Assembly: GCA_043745805.1 (NCBI GenBank)
Contig: JAYTSD010000004.1
Coordinates: 128,001 to 192,000 of the forward strand
Direction of reading: 5' to 3'
Origin: Fibrobacteria bacterium
GTDB lineage: Bacteria; Fibrobacterota; Fibrobacteria; UBA11236
Length of the DNA stretch: 64,000 bases
How positions within the stretch are numbered: position 1 is the first letter of the stretch; every line of letters begins with the position of its first letter. Shown here piece by piece: positions 39,340-49,614 of this stretch. The position numbers were made by a program, and so were the translations under genes. The notes below the pieces were generated by a model that saw only the letters and a list, made by a program, of their open reading frames with translations, had not been told where the DNA came from and made no database searches.

Positions 39340-40955
39340 AGAAAATTATAATTTTTGTTACCGTACTATTTACGTTACTCTTCACCTCTATCCTATATGC
39401 CCTGCCTACTCATTCCCTTGAAAGTAATTGTCAAAAACAAATCGCCGCCATTCCGAATAAAAGTACCGAAACTTCCCTTTGGATAAAAGCCGCCACTTGT
39501 TTGCAACAGATCAATGAAAACAAAAATTCCCCCGAGATTAATGCGCTCGCCCAAAGTAAATTACCCGACGACAAACATTGGTACTTCGCAACTTTACAAC
39601 AATATCGCCAGCGGGGAGAAATTGCAGCTGCTTTACAAATCGCCTATTTACTGGATTTGCGGAATTTTTCGGATTTAGAAACCTGCAATGTATTGGCCGA
39701 GTTTTATGCCTTTGCAGCGCATTATCATTTATCTGGAAAAGCCTATTTACAAACCTTGCGACTCGATCCTAATCAAATAGGGAACATTAGTGTTAACCTA
39801 GAAAATTTAATTCGTACCGCCGCTGTAGAAATAGAACCGGCTTTACTATTAGATTCCTTACATAGGGATATTGCGCAGGATTTAACTCCGAAGGACCTGT
39901 CTGCCTTACTGGTATTAGAAAATATCGGTTGGCAATTTCGCTATTATCGTGGGGCTATGGAAAATTTTATGCACCGTTTAAGCCTTAGCATGCTTAAACA
40001 AGATGAGATTATTAACGAAGCTCAACGCTTTTATAATTTGGGCTATGATGATTATGCGGCTTTAATATTCGAGAAAAGTAGCTGGGAAAAATTAACTGGG
40101 AAAGCCATTGCTTATCCCCGACTTTTGTTTATGCGCATTCATACTCAGTTAAAAGATTATGCGCGTTTGGTTACGCTTTATCATTCCTCTCTCGATAAAG
40201 AAGATCTTCTGTCGGAAGAGCAAACTCTTTTTGCCGAAGCCCTTACCCGCAAAGGCGATAATGAAGAAGCGATTACCCTTGCAAAAAAAGTGGTGGCTCA
40301 AGATATTACCCCGTGGAGCTTTAAAGCCAATATTATTATTGCACGCAATCAAATCGCTCAGCATCAATTAGCACAGTCCCAAGCATTGTTAAAAAAGATC
40401 AAAGAAGATCCAAGACGTCAAGAAAGTTCGGGGTCGATATTATTTTGGCAGGCTTTTAATTTTATTCATCAAAGAAAATATATTGCTGCGGAATCCTTAT
40501 TAGTTCTCTCGGCAGCCTATACGGGTGAAGCCGAGACCGAATTAGCCTTACAATACCGTTATTACTTACTACTTGACACCAGCGCTGCCCGCGAAGCCTT
40601 TTTCCAAGGGCTTTCTGAGGCCCCATGGCCCCCAGAGCAGCGGCGTGAAAATTTGGAAAAAGTTCCTTCCCATAGTGAGCTTTGGCCTTATGCCCAATTC
40701 GCAAAATCGGAGATTTTTATAGAAAAACGCCAATTAGATAGTGCGTCCATAGCATTGCAACAAATAATGCAAAAAAGTGAGAATCCTCATGCAACCCTTA
40801 AAGCTCAAGCTAAAGGCGTGTTTTTACAAGAACGTTTATCACAAGCTAAGCAGAATGTCCTTGCTCAATACGAAGAACTACTTATAAAATACCAACAGGG
40901 AGTAATCCCTGAATTTACCCGTGAACGCTTAGGACGTTTGCGTAGCTTAAAATAA
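39330..40955 (+). CDS. Exported TPR-like helical repeat protein
   Basis: Signal peptide; Ala/Leu-rich helical repeats; ends YEELLIKYQQGVIPEFTRERL. Confidence 0.65.
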   Translation: MEIKKIIIFVTVLFTLLFTSILYALPTHSLESNCQKQIAAIPNKSTETSLWIKAATCLQQINENKNSPEINALAQSKLPDDKHWYFATLQQYRQRGEIAAALQIAYLLDLRNFSDLETCNVLAEFYAFAAHYHLSGKAYLQTLRLDPNQIGNISVNLENLIRTAAVEIEPALLLDSLHRDIAQDLTPKDLSALLVLENIGWQFRYYRGAMENFMHRLSLSMLKQDEIINEAQRFYNLGYDDYAALIFEKSSWEKLTGKAIAYPRLLFMRIHTQLKDYARLVTLYHSSLDKEDLLSEEQTLFAEALTRKGDNEEAITLAKKVVAQDITPWSFKANIIIARNQIAQHQLAQSQALLKKIKEDPRRQESSGSILFWQAFNFIHQRKYIAAESLLVLSAAYTGEAETELALQYRYYLLLDTSAAREAFFQGLSEAPWPPEQRRENLEKVPSHSELWPYAQFAKSEIFIEKRQLDSASIALQQIMQKSENPHATLKAQAKGVFLQERLSQAKQNVLAQYEELLIKYQQGVIPEFTRERLGRLRSLK

Positions 40956-40967
40956 TCTGAGGGTTTT

Positions 40968-41213
40968 ATGAGTATTAGATGGATGCGAAATTTAGTCGTT
41001 GATGGACAACAAACCACTATTGAAGTTCTATTAGGGGCCAATAAAATTGCTGATAAATGTTATGTGCGCGTAAATGGGCAAGAAGAGTATTGGTTTAAAC
41101 CTTCGCATGAAGGCCGCGATGCCGTATTGCAACAAGGCATAGATATGCTTAAAGCCCGATTTAATGGACATAGCGTCCAATCTAATACTGGATCGCCTTA
41201 TTCTTGGAATTAA
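40968..41213 (+). CDS. Small hypothetical protein
   Basis: 81 aa, GAGGG SD, 12 bp after the upstream stop codon. Confidence 0.7.
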   Translation: MSIRWMRNLVVDGQQTTIEVLLGANKIADKCYVRVNGQEEYWFKPSHEGRDAVLQQGIDMLKARFNGHSVQSNTGSPYSWN

Positions 41214-41225
41214 AATTTATTTTTT

Positions 41226-41260
41226 GCTTAACTATTTCATTTTTGGAATAAGTTAAGCTT
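41226..41260 (+). terminator. Possible terminator hairpin
   Basis: GCTTAACT...AGTTAAGC stem extended by a bulged inner stem, immediately after the 81-aa ORF. Confidence 0.4.
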
Positions 41261-41293
41261 TAAAAAGCTGCAATAATTCCTATTGTTCGAGGT

Positions 41294-43750
41294 ATGAGTA
41301 AACACCGTTATTTTTGCATACACGGACATTTTTACCAACCTCCACGTGAAAATCCGCAGCTCGATCAAGTTGAATTACAACCTTCCGCACAACCATTTCA
41401 TGATTGGAATGAGCGCATTTATGCCGAATGCTATGCGCCTAATGGTAATTCGCGCATACTTGATGAATTAGGTCGCATTAAAGACATGGTGAATAACTAT
41501 GCCTATATGAGTTTTAATATAGGCCCCACCTTATGTTCTTGGATAGAAGAAAAACACCCTTATACTTATTCGCGCATACTAGAGGCAGATAAACAAAGTT
41601 GCGCTAGGCTTGATGGACATGGCAATGCTATTGCTCAAGTTTACAATCATTTGATTATGCCTCTCGCTACCGAAGTAGAAAAGCGTTTGCAAATTTCTTG
41701 GGGCATTGCCGATTTTGAACGACGCTTTGCCCGTAAGCCCGAAGGGATGTGGTTAGCTGAAACGGCCATTGATATGCCTACTGCATGTGCATTAATCGAA
41801 GCAGGAATTCGTTTTACCATTTTGGCGCCCACGCAAGCTTTACAAATACGGCGCCTAGGCACAGAAAATTGGACCGATGTCAGCAACAATGATATTGATC
41901 CACGCAAGCCTTATCGCCTTTTTCCGCGTAATGAAGACGGTACGCCTCGTACAGGTTACCTCGATATATTTTTCTATGATGGGCATTTATCGCATGCGGT
42001 GAGTTTTGAACATTTGCTTAAAGGTGCAGAACGTTTTGGAGAAAAAATTGCTTCCGGCTTCGATCTTCATAGACAAGAAGATCAGCTCGTTTCCATTTGT
42101 ACCGATGGCGAATCGTATGGACATCATGAACCCTTTGGCGACATGTGTGCGGCTTATCTATTTACTGAATTAGCCGAGAAGTTAGATATGCAAGCTGTCA
42201 ATTATGGCTGGTATTTAGCGAATCATACTCCCGAATTTGAAGTGGAGTTAAAAAATGCTTTTACAGGTGGAACAGCTTGGTCCTGTGCTCATGGAACAGG
42301 ACGCTGGAAAGAAGATTGTGGTTGCTCTACAGGTGGTCAATGGGGATGGAATCAAAAGTGGCGTGGCCCCTTCCGCCAAGCCCTTCGTCTCTTAGCGGAA
42401 AAAGCTAATGAAACCATGGATCATTTAGGGCCGCAACATTTTAAGGATTGGAAACAAACCAAATTATCAGCGGTACATGCTTGGATAGGCACCGCCGAAC
42501 AACAGAATCAATGGTGGAATGAGGTTTTAAATCCTCAAGCGTCTAAATCATTCGCGCTAAAGCTGATTGAAATATTGCGCTATGGGCAATATATGTTCAC
42601 TAGTTGCGCATGGTTCTTTGCGGATATTCGCGGTATAGAAACCATTCAAAATTTACGTTATGCCTTGCAAGCCTTAGAACATCTTGAATCCTTTAATCCT
42701 AACTTAACATTGCGATCCGAATTTTTATTGGCTCTCAAAGAAGCAAAATCCAATGTGGATGGGCAGTCTGGCGATAATATTTTAATCGAAGCGAACAATG
42801 AAACTTTGCCGCTACCCTTATTTTTAGCCCTAGAAGAATGGACGGCAACATTACAACCCACAGAAAATTTTTCTTGCTTAAGGCCTAGCGCTTGGTTTTC
42901 CCTGCAACATGATAGCCTCCATGTACAAAATTGGAGAATTGAAGAGTTTGTATTTCAACATACCTTTCATGGCGACCAAATTCGAATTTGGATAGCTTTA
43001 GAAAATGCAGATTTTGATTTTGAAAACTTATACTTTCGCTTAGCCTCATCGAAATCTTTAAAGACATGGGCCTCTGAGGAATTAGCAAGTAATAATACGC
43101 AGTCGCTTAAAAATTTCTTTCCTATTTCATTACCTTTAAAAAAGTTACCCTTAGACTTTAAAGAAAGAGTGGCTCTGTACCTTAAAAATCGCTTTTGGAA
43201 AGAAAGTGAAGAGGATATTGCCCAACATGAAAAACGTCTAGCATTTCGCAATAAACAATTCACTCGTATTCAATGGCCTTTGCCAACTAGCTTACAAGAG
43301 ATGCTAAATATTTTGGAAAAATTTCACTTTGCTGAAAATCTAAAAATGGGATTGATAAACGATTCTCTCGATTCATTACATAACTCTTTAAAAATTGCAT
43401 CCTTACTTAAAAGTCAGGGCACCGCACCGTATTTAGGATCGAATCATAATCGACTGCATGACTTTTTGCTGAAGTTAGGTCAAAAGATTTTAAGCCAACC
43501 TGAAAGCACCGATTTTGAAAAGTTTTTTGTGCTTTTAGACATTATTGACACTTTACAAATCAACTCGGAACGCTATCGTATTGAGAATTTAGCCTTTCCT
43601 TTGTTCCAAAAGGTGCAAGAATGGGCAAAAGGTGCAAATCTCCTATTAAAAATTGATCCTGAACATGCTATTTTGATTCTGGAAAGACTAAATTTTAGTA
43701 CGGATTTAGCCAAAAGCCATTTCACCTCCAATATGGATGTAACAGCATGA
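41294..43750 (+). CDS. Glycoside hydrolase family 57 protein (DUF3536-type)
   Basis: HGHFYQPPRENP, GMWLAETA, TDGESYGHH, WSCAHG and MFTSCAWFF. Confidence 0.9.
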   Translation: MSKHRYFCIHGHFYQPPRENPQLDQVELQPSAQPFHDWNERIYAECYAPNGNSRILDELGRIKDMVNNYAYMSFNIGPTLCSWIEEKHPYTYSRILEADKQSCARLDGHGNAIAQVYNHLIMPLATEVEKRLQISWGIADFERRFARKPEGMWLAETAIDMPTACALIEAGIRFTILAPTQALQIRRLGTENWTDVSNNDIDPRKPYRLFPRNEDGTPRTGYLDIFFYDGHLSHAVSFEHLLKGAERFGEKIASGFDLHRQEDQLVSICTDGESYGHHEPFGDMCAAYLFTELAEKLDMQAVNYGWYLANHTPEFEVELKNAFTGGTAWSCAHGTGRWKEDCGCSTGGQWGWNQKWRGPFRQALRLLAEKANETMDHLGPQHFKDWKQTKLSAVHAWIGTAEQQNQWWNEVLNPQASKSFALKLIEILRYGQYMFTSCAWFFADIRGIETIQNLRYALQALEHLESFNPNLTLRSEFLLALKEAKSNVDGQSGDNILIEANNETLPLPLFLALEEWTATLQPTENFSCLRPSAWFSLQHDSLHVQNWRIEEFVFQHTFHGDQIRIWIALENADFDFENLYFRLASSKSLKTWASEELASNNTQSLKNFFPISLPLKKLPLDFKERVALYLKNRFWKESEEDIAQHEKRLAFRNKQFTRIQWPLPTSLQEMLNILEKFHFAENLKMGLINDSLDSLHNSLKIASLLKSQGTAPYLGSNHNRLHDFLLKLGQKILSQPESTDFEKFFVLLDIIDTLQINSERYRIENLAFPLFQKVQEWAKGANLLLKIDPEHAILILERLNFSTDLAKSHFTSNMDVTA

Positions 43751-44007
43751 TTTCCGAAACTTTATTGATACTTACTATCCTTGCTGCCGTATTCATCACA
43801 GGCGCATCTTTTGGACAAATGCTTTTGCGTTTGCGTTTAGCCAAATTGGAAAAATCCAATTTAGAATTGGAACAAAAACGCATCGTAGATTTAAAAAAAG
43901 CCATACACTCTCGCGCAGTTATCCTTGAACGCCGCAAGCCTACGGCTTACGAACAAGAAGTGCAAGATGAAATTGACGAAATTCTTGGGGAAATTGAAAG
44001 TAATTAA
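43747..44007 (+). CDS. Small single-TM coiled-coil protein
   Basis: ATGA overlap with the GH57 stop; hydrophobic N-terminus. Confidence 0.65.
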   Translation: MISETLLILTILAAVFITGASFGQMLLRLRLAKLEKSNLELEQKRIVDLKKAIHSRAVILERRKPTAYEQEVQDEIDEILGEIESN

Positions 44008-44073
44008 AACTTCTTTCCCGTCTTGACCGTAACAGCAACATTTCCGTAACCACTCAGTTAACAGGGAACTTTA

Positions 44074-45741
44074 ATGCCCATACCCGTTTTAACGCATTCC
44101 GAAATTAAAGATATTGAAGCCCGTAATATTGCGTCGGGCTATACCGAATATGATATGATTTTAAGTGCCGGCGAAGCCGTATTTGAAACGCTAAAAACCA
44201 TGCTCGAGGAAGAATCGCTCAGCCCTCCCTTCGATCATGATCACGATGATGAAGATCCCAATGAAGGTCCAGAAATAGATTTTGATAAGCCCGAAATGCG
44301 CGGGCCGGTGGTGGCTTTTGTTTGTGGTAAAGGAAAAAATGGAGCCGATGCCTTAGCCACCGCTCTCCTTGCCGCACAAGCGCAGTATCCTCTAGTAATT
44401 TATCAGCTCTATTCGGATAAACCTTATGCTCCCGAAGTTGAACGCTTTCGTCAACAAGTTCACAAAGCGGGCTTAACTATCAATTCCATTAAATCTCCTT
44501 TAGATTTACCCGTTTTTCAAGACATAGACATTATTGTCGATGGGCTTTTAGGAACCGGCACCAATCGTGAACCCGAGGGCTTGATACAAAGCTGTATTTT
44601 TGGGATGAATCAAAGTGGTATTCCAATTTTATCCATTGATATTCCTTCGGGCATTCGCTGTGATGATCCACAAATGTCACCTAGTACCATACAAGCTACT
44701 GCCACGGTATGTTTAAGTTCGTTAAAAATATCTACTGCCTTTTATCCTGCCTCTTATGCCTATGGAAAAATTGGCTATAGTCATGTTGGTCTTGACGAAA
44801 AAATGCTAGCGAATGAACCTTCGCAATTACAATTGTATTCCATGGAAGACGCTCTCGAAGACTTACCGCCTCGACTTTATACCTCGCATAAATACACTTC
44901 TGGAAAAGTTTTAATTATTGCTGGATCCCGTGGAATGCACGGTGCTGCGGCCCTCGCAGCCAATGCGGCTTTAAGAGCCGGCGCAGGTTTAGTGCGTTTG
45001 GCCGTACCTGGTGGAATCTACACAGAAACCGCAGCACATATTTTAGAGATTATTGGTATTCCTTGCGGAGAAAAATCGTACTGTTTTTCACCCGAACATA
45101 TTTCCGAATTACGCGAACAATTGGAATGGGCCGATTCCATTCTTATCGGACCAGGTCTCGGCAAAGCACCCGTAACACAGGCATTTCTGGTAGAAATATT
45201 CCCTCTGTTAAAAGGTCGCAAAGTTGTTTTTGATGGCGATGCTTTATTTCTTTTTGGTGAAAGCTATCAATTAGATATTGAAGGATGTAAAAACTTTATC
45301 CTTACGCCTCATGCAGGAGAGTATAAAAGACTTGGCGGTTCCTATATTTATGAACAGCCTTTATTACACAGCGAAAACTTGCGAGCCTTTTCCCTGATTA
45401 AAAATTTACATATCGCCTTGAAAGGCCCGACCATGATAGTCGCCGAGCCTGCTGGTAAAATTAATCTCTTACCCATTGGTAATCCAGGCTTGGCCACCGC
45501 AGGAACAGGTGATGTATTAGCTGGCATTATAGCTGCATTTTTTATGCATTTACCCACGGCCAAAGCGGCTTGCTTAGGCGCATTTACCCATGGCAAAGCT
45601 GGACATTTAGCCCGTAACGACCAAGGTACCCTTGGCTTAGCCGCTTCCGATTTACTGTTGTATATTGCGCTAGCATTACGCGACATTGAAGACGAAGCCG
45701 AAGACTCCGGTCAAGATCGCGATTTGGGTTTAAAAAAATAA
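44074..45741 (+). CDS. nnr: Bifunctional NAD(P)HX epimerase/dehydratase (YjeF)
   Basis: VDGLLGTG, SIDIPSG, HKYTSG, IGPGLG, LTPHAGE and LATAGTGDVLAG. Confidence 0.92.
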   Translation: MPIPVLTHSEIKDIEARNIASGYTEYDMILSAGEAVFETLKTMLEEESLSPPFDHDHDDEDPNEGPEIDFDKPEMRGPVVAFVCGKGKNGADALATALLAAQAQYPLVIYQLYSDKPYAPEVERFRQQVHKAGLTINSIKSPLDLPVFQDIDIIVDGLLGTGTNREPEGLIQSCIFGMNQSGIPILSIDIPSGIRCDDPQMSPSTIQATATVCLSSLKISTAFYPASYAYGKIGYSHVGLDEKMLANEPSQLQLYSMEDALEDLPPRLYTSHKYTSGKVLIIAGSRGMHGAAALAANAALRAGAGLVRLAVPGGIYTETAAHILEIIGIPCGEKSYCFSPEHISELREQLEWADSILIGPGLGKAPVTQAFLVEIFPLLKGRKVVFDGDALFLFGESYQLDIEGCKNFILTPHAGEYKRLGGSYIYEQPLLHSENLRAFSLIKNLHIALKGPTMIVAEPAGKINLLPIGNPGLATAGTGDVLAGIIAAFFMHLPTAKAACLGAFTHGKAGHLARNDQGTLGLAASDLLLYIALALRDIEDEAEDSGQDRDLGLKK

Positions 45742-45744
45742 TCT

Positions 45745-46530
45745 TTAAAGGGCTTTAATATAAGGCGCAAAGGTCGCCAGTATTTCTTCATGAATTAGAC
45801 CATTAGAAGAAATGCCGGTTCTTTCCGTAACCGAGTCATTACCTTGGAGGGAAGTAAATCGTCCGCCGGCTTCCGGTAAAATAATTGCCATCGGCGCAAC
45901 ATCCCAAATTTCCACTACAGGATCCACCATCGCTTCAGCCTGACCCGTAGCGACTAAGAAATGACCATAGCAATCACCCCAACCGCGATGTAGGCCCGCC
46001 TTATGGCGAAGCTGACTCCAAGGCTCTGCATAACCTAAACGCTCCATGGTGGAAATGCTGCCATCTAATAAAAGCGCTTTATCCACTTGCGCGCAGGAGG
46101 ATACCTTGCACGCTACGCCATCTATTTTTGCTCCCCCTCCTAATGAGGCTGACAACTGATGTCCAAGTGCAGGCAAGGCAATAACGCCTACCACGGGCTT
46201 TCCATTCTCCAACAGGGCAATTAAAGTTCCAAATAAAGGGACACCATGTATAAAGGCCTTAGTGCCATCAATAGGATCTATTACCCATTGACGATTTTCA
46301 TTGCCTACTTGTTGCCCAAATTCTTCACCAATAATTCCATAACTAGGCGTATGCTGAGCAATTAAAGTGCGAATAAGCTCTTCCGCTTGCCGGTCGGCTA
46401 GGGTAACTGGTGTGTTATCGGATTTACTTTCCACCTGAATCGGTTTTTGAAAGTAACTAAGAATGACCTTCCCCGCTTGGGAAGCCATGTATAAAGCAAA
46501 TTCTAATTCTTGAGCATATTGATTTGACAT
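45745..46530 (-). CDS. hisN: Histidinol-phosphatase, inositol monophosphatase family
   Basis: PVTLADRQAE, GEEFG, WVIDPIDGTKAF, RGWGDCYG and WDVAP..EAGG. Confidence 0.8.
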   Translation of the reverse strand: MSNQYAQELEFALYMASQAGKVILSYFQKPIQVESKSDNTPVTLADRQAEELIRTLIAQHTPSYGIIGEEFGQQVGNENRQWVIDPIDGTKAFIHGVPLFGTLIALLENGKPVVGVIALPALGHQLSASLGGGAKIDGVACKVSSCAQVDKALLLDGSISTMERLGYAEPWSQLRHKAGLHRGWGDCYGHFLVATGQAEAMVDPVVEIWDVAPMAIILPEAGGRFTSLQGNDSVTERTGISSNGLIHEEILATFAPYIKAL

Positions 46531-46634
46531 AAGGAGGAAAAGGTAGGAATTTATATAGTGTAGGAAGTTGTTGCTCTGATCGGCTTAAATTCAACCCGCC
46601 TATGCAAACTTAAGTCTGAAAGATTAAATGTCAG

Positions 46635-48080
46635 CTAAAAGAAATAGCTAATTTTTGTCATCCAATACCAATCTTTGAGTGTAGAAAAGGCTTCACCATA
46701 ATCTTGAACTTTATATTTTCCTCCAGTACGAAAATGATCATTTGCCACTTGGGCACTAAATCGAACATGATTTTTAATCGTTTTTGCTGCATGTATCGAC
46801 CATTTAATATCATCTGCGTGTAAATTTTGCATATCATACTGATTTTCATATGGCAATCTTTTAGATTCATCTTGGAAGTATGTGCCAGTGCTGTCAGTTA
46901 CCAGATATCTTTTAAGATTTCTGTTAGATACTGGAATAGGAGAATACCCAGTTTCAAGTTTTATTGCGTTACCACTATACGGAGCCCCATACCACTCCAC
47001 TTCTAAAGAAAGATGATCCATGACATTATAAACAGGAACATTAAAACCTACCATAATTGGTATTCGTTGCTTCATATTAGTATAAATTCCCTTGTAATTT
47101 TTAGTACCGATAAGAGCGGCTTCTGAGTAAAGTTTGAAGTCCTCATCACCCATTGATGATATATCAAATAGTTTTTTGAAATCCATTGATAAAAATGCAT
47201 TCACTTTTGTTCCTGCAAGGGACAAGGTCGTTGTATCAAACCCCGTATTGTCAGACTTTTTTTCAATATAGTACTGGGGTGGATCATATGGGTGTGTTAT
47301 TGAATCAGTATTAACCAACTGAAATAAATCTTGGTTAGTTGGTGTGGTTAACTCGGAGCTTATTGGAAACAATCGGTAAAAGCTAATGCCAGCACCCATA
47401 CTAAAAAAGGATTCGGACTGATATTGAGCGATATATGACATTGAATAATCAAACAAAGGGCGTATTTTTGATTCGCTACTAAAAATTAAATTATGTGAAA
47501 AATTTCCAATGCGATTGTAAAAACGAGTACCAAGTATATTAGCTATTCCCATTGTCTCATCTAATTCGAACCCAGAGTAAATGAAACCAGGGTAAATGCT
47601 CCCTCGTAACAAATACAAACCTAAATTTTTTGTGTCGGAATTATATTGAAATGGGAAGTAACCTGCAGTAAAACTAAAGATAGGGTTATCTTTGGTATTG
47701 TAATAATAGGTAAATCGAGCTTCGCTTATATACGGGTCAAGAAAAAGGCGCGCTTGCACGGCAGAGCTGGGTTCTGATTGTGCTAAATGATTTTGTTTAG
47801 CGCCTATACCCAATGCACCATCCCAGTTTTCACTAATATTAGCAAAAGCTGTTATTTGTCCAGCTACACTTTGGAATAAGTTTCCATTGTAATTAAATCT
47901 TGAAGTATCAGAAGATTTCTCAATTCTACCAAATTGCATCCAACCTCGGCCATGAATACTAATTTTTACTGATTCCGCAGAGTAAACATTAACATTGGCA
48001 ATAGATCCCCAAAAAATAACAAGCGCAAAAATATTTATGCAAAATAATAATCTGTTTTTTTTCGTGACTATTTTTTTCAT
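46635..48080 (-). CDS. Putative outer-membrane beta-barrel, paralogue 3 of 3
   Basis: Signal peptide; ends DWYWMTKISYFF; shares motifs with the two upstream ORFs. Confidence 0.75.
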   Translation of the reverse strand: MKKIVTKKNRLLFCINIFALVIFWGSIANVNVYSAESVKISIHGRGWMQFGRIEKSSDTSRFNYNGNLFQSVAGQITAFANISENWDGALGIGAKQNHLAQSEPSSAVQARLFLDPYISEARFTYYYNTKDNPIFSFTAGYFPFQYNSDTKNLGLYLLRGSIYPGFIYSGFELDETMGIANILGTRFYNRIGNFSHNLIFSSESKIRPLFDYSMSYIAQYQSESFFSMGAGISFYRLFPISSELTTPTNQDLFQLVNTDSITHPYDPPQYYIEKKSDNTGFDTTTLSLAGTKVNAFLSMDFKKLFDISSMGDEDFKLYSEAALIGTKNYKGIYTNMKQRIPIMVGFNVPVYNVMDHLSLEVEWYGAPYSGNAIKLETGYSPIPVSNRNLKRYLVTDSTGTYFQDESKRLPYENQYDMQNLHADDIKWSIHAAKTIKNHVRFSAQVANDHFRTGGKYKVQDYGEAFSTLKDWYWMTKISYFF

Positions 48081-48106
48081 ATTTTTATAAGATCCTATTA
48101 GATAGA

Positions 48107-49549
48107 TTAAAAGAAGTAGCTAAGCTTAAGCGTCCAGTACCAATCATTTAGTGTGGTCAGAGCTTCTTCATAGGAAACAAAATTAGCTCCCCCTGATGTA
48201 CCACCAGTGCGTGTATGATCATCTGCAACTTGTCCAGCTATTTTTACATGGCCAGCAAATACACGAGCAAAGTAAATTGAATATTTAATATTATCAGCAT
48301 TAACATCATATGGTTTTGTTTCATAGCGACTAATTCCATCCGGCACATCGCGATTAACCCAAGGAGTTTGTGGTACTGGAGAGCCTAGATCTTGTAACTT
48401 TCGATAATCTGGTACCAGCTTTGAACCATAATATTCGAGCTCAACAGCAAATACATCAAATATTTTACCGGTAGGGACATTGAGGCCAAACATGATTGGC
48501 ATTCGTTCTAAAGTTTTTCCATAGGCATTGCCATAATTTTTAATGCCCAACAAACCTACTTCTGAATAAACCCGCAAATCATTTTTTGTAAAACCTTCGG
48601 ATAAACCAAATAACTCTTTTAAATCGATGGAAGCGCGAGCCATTAATTTTGTGCCCTGATTACTTGGAAACACATAATTAAAGCCAATACTATCAGGCAA
48701 ATTTGGATTCGCATTTTTTATACGTACAGTATCAATAAGTGTGTAATTATAATCAAATGGGTGTGGGATCTGATTTGCTTGGTTTTTTTGATTTTTATCA
48801 AAACCATTTTTGGTGGAGGGCGATGTGATTTCAGGCCGAACAGCTAAAAAGTGATAGAAATTAATTCCTGCACCCAATTCTAACCATTTTTGTGGCTTAT
48901 AAGTCGCAACATAAATAGCTGAAAAATCGAAATACGGCTTTAAATCCATCTCGCTTGTTAAAATAAAATCGTTGGTAAAAGAACCATATTTTGCTTGAAA
49001 ATGTGTACCAAGCATGTTCGCATTATTCAACATTTCTTTAGATTCGAATCCAGAGACCAAAAGGCCAGGATATACAGCACCCCGAATTAAATATAGGCCA
49101 AGGTTTTTAATGTCATTATCATATTTGTAGGGGAAGAGGCCAAAAGTTAATTTGTAATTAAAGTCTTTTTTACCTTGAGGAAAATAAGTCAATCGCGATT
49201 GTGTGGTAAAGATATTGAGATTAATTTTTAAATCTTTCGCAGTAGTAATACTGCCTTGTGCCTGATGTTTTTGCACAGCGCCCAAACCAAATGATGCTTC
49301 GGTATACTCATTTAAATTGACAATGCCAGTTAAGAGTGCGCCAGCATCTTGAAGCCAGTTCTTATTGTAGTTGTTACTCTTAGTTCCAGTTAAAGTATCT
49401 GTACTTTGCATTATCATACCAGATTTTATCCAACCAGCTCCTTTAAATTGAACATCGACATTAGTGAATAACTGAGCTTGCGAAAAACTAATACTTAAAA
49501 ATAAAAGTGATAAAATTATATGTATAAAACGAGATCTCAATATTTTCAT
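48107..49549 (-). CDS. Putative outer-membrane beta-barrel, paralogue 2 of 3
   Basis: Signal peptide MKILRSRF..SQA from the ATG at 49549; ends DWYWTLKLSYFF. Confidence 0.75.
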   Translation of the reverse strand: MKILRSRFIHIILSLLFLSISFSQAQLFTNVDVQFKGAGWIKSGMIMQSTDTLTGTKSNNYNKNWLQDAGALLTGIVNLNEYTEASFGLGAVQKHQAQGSITTAKDLKINLNIFTTQSRLTYFPQGKKDFNYKLTFGLFPYKYDNDIKNLGLYLIRGAVYPGLLVSGFESKEMLNNANMLGTHFQAKYGSFTNDFILTSEMDLKPYFDFSAIYVATYKPQKWLELGAGINFYHFLAVRPEITSPSTKNGFDKNQKNQANQIPHPFDYNYTLIDTVRIKNANPNLPDSIGFNYVFPSNQGTKLMARASIDLKELFGLSEGFTKNDLRVYSEVGLLGIKNYGNAYGKTLERMPIMFGLNVPTGKIFDVFAVELEYYGSKLVPDYRKLQDLGSPVPQTPWVNRDVPDGISRYETKPYDVNADNIKYSIYFARVFAGHVKIAGQVADDHTRTGGTSGGANFVSYEEALTTLNDWYWTLKLSYFF

Positions 49550-49614
49550 GGATTGTATTTCCTTGAATGCGATATAGTTATGATTCACAAATCTCATTTA
49601 CCGATTTCCTAAAA

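Noticed and set aside
44027-44062. CCGTAAC direct repeat upstream of nnr
   Set aside because: Only two 7-bp copies; not distinguishable from chance.
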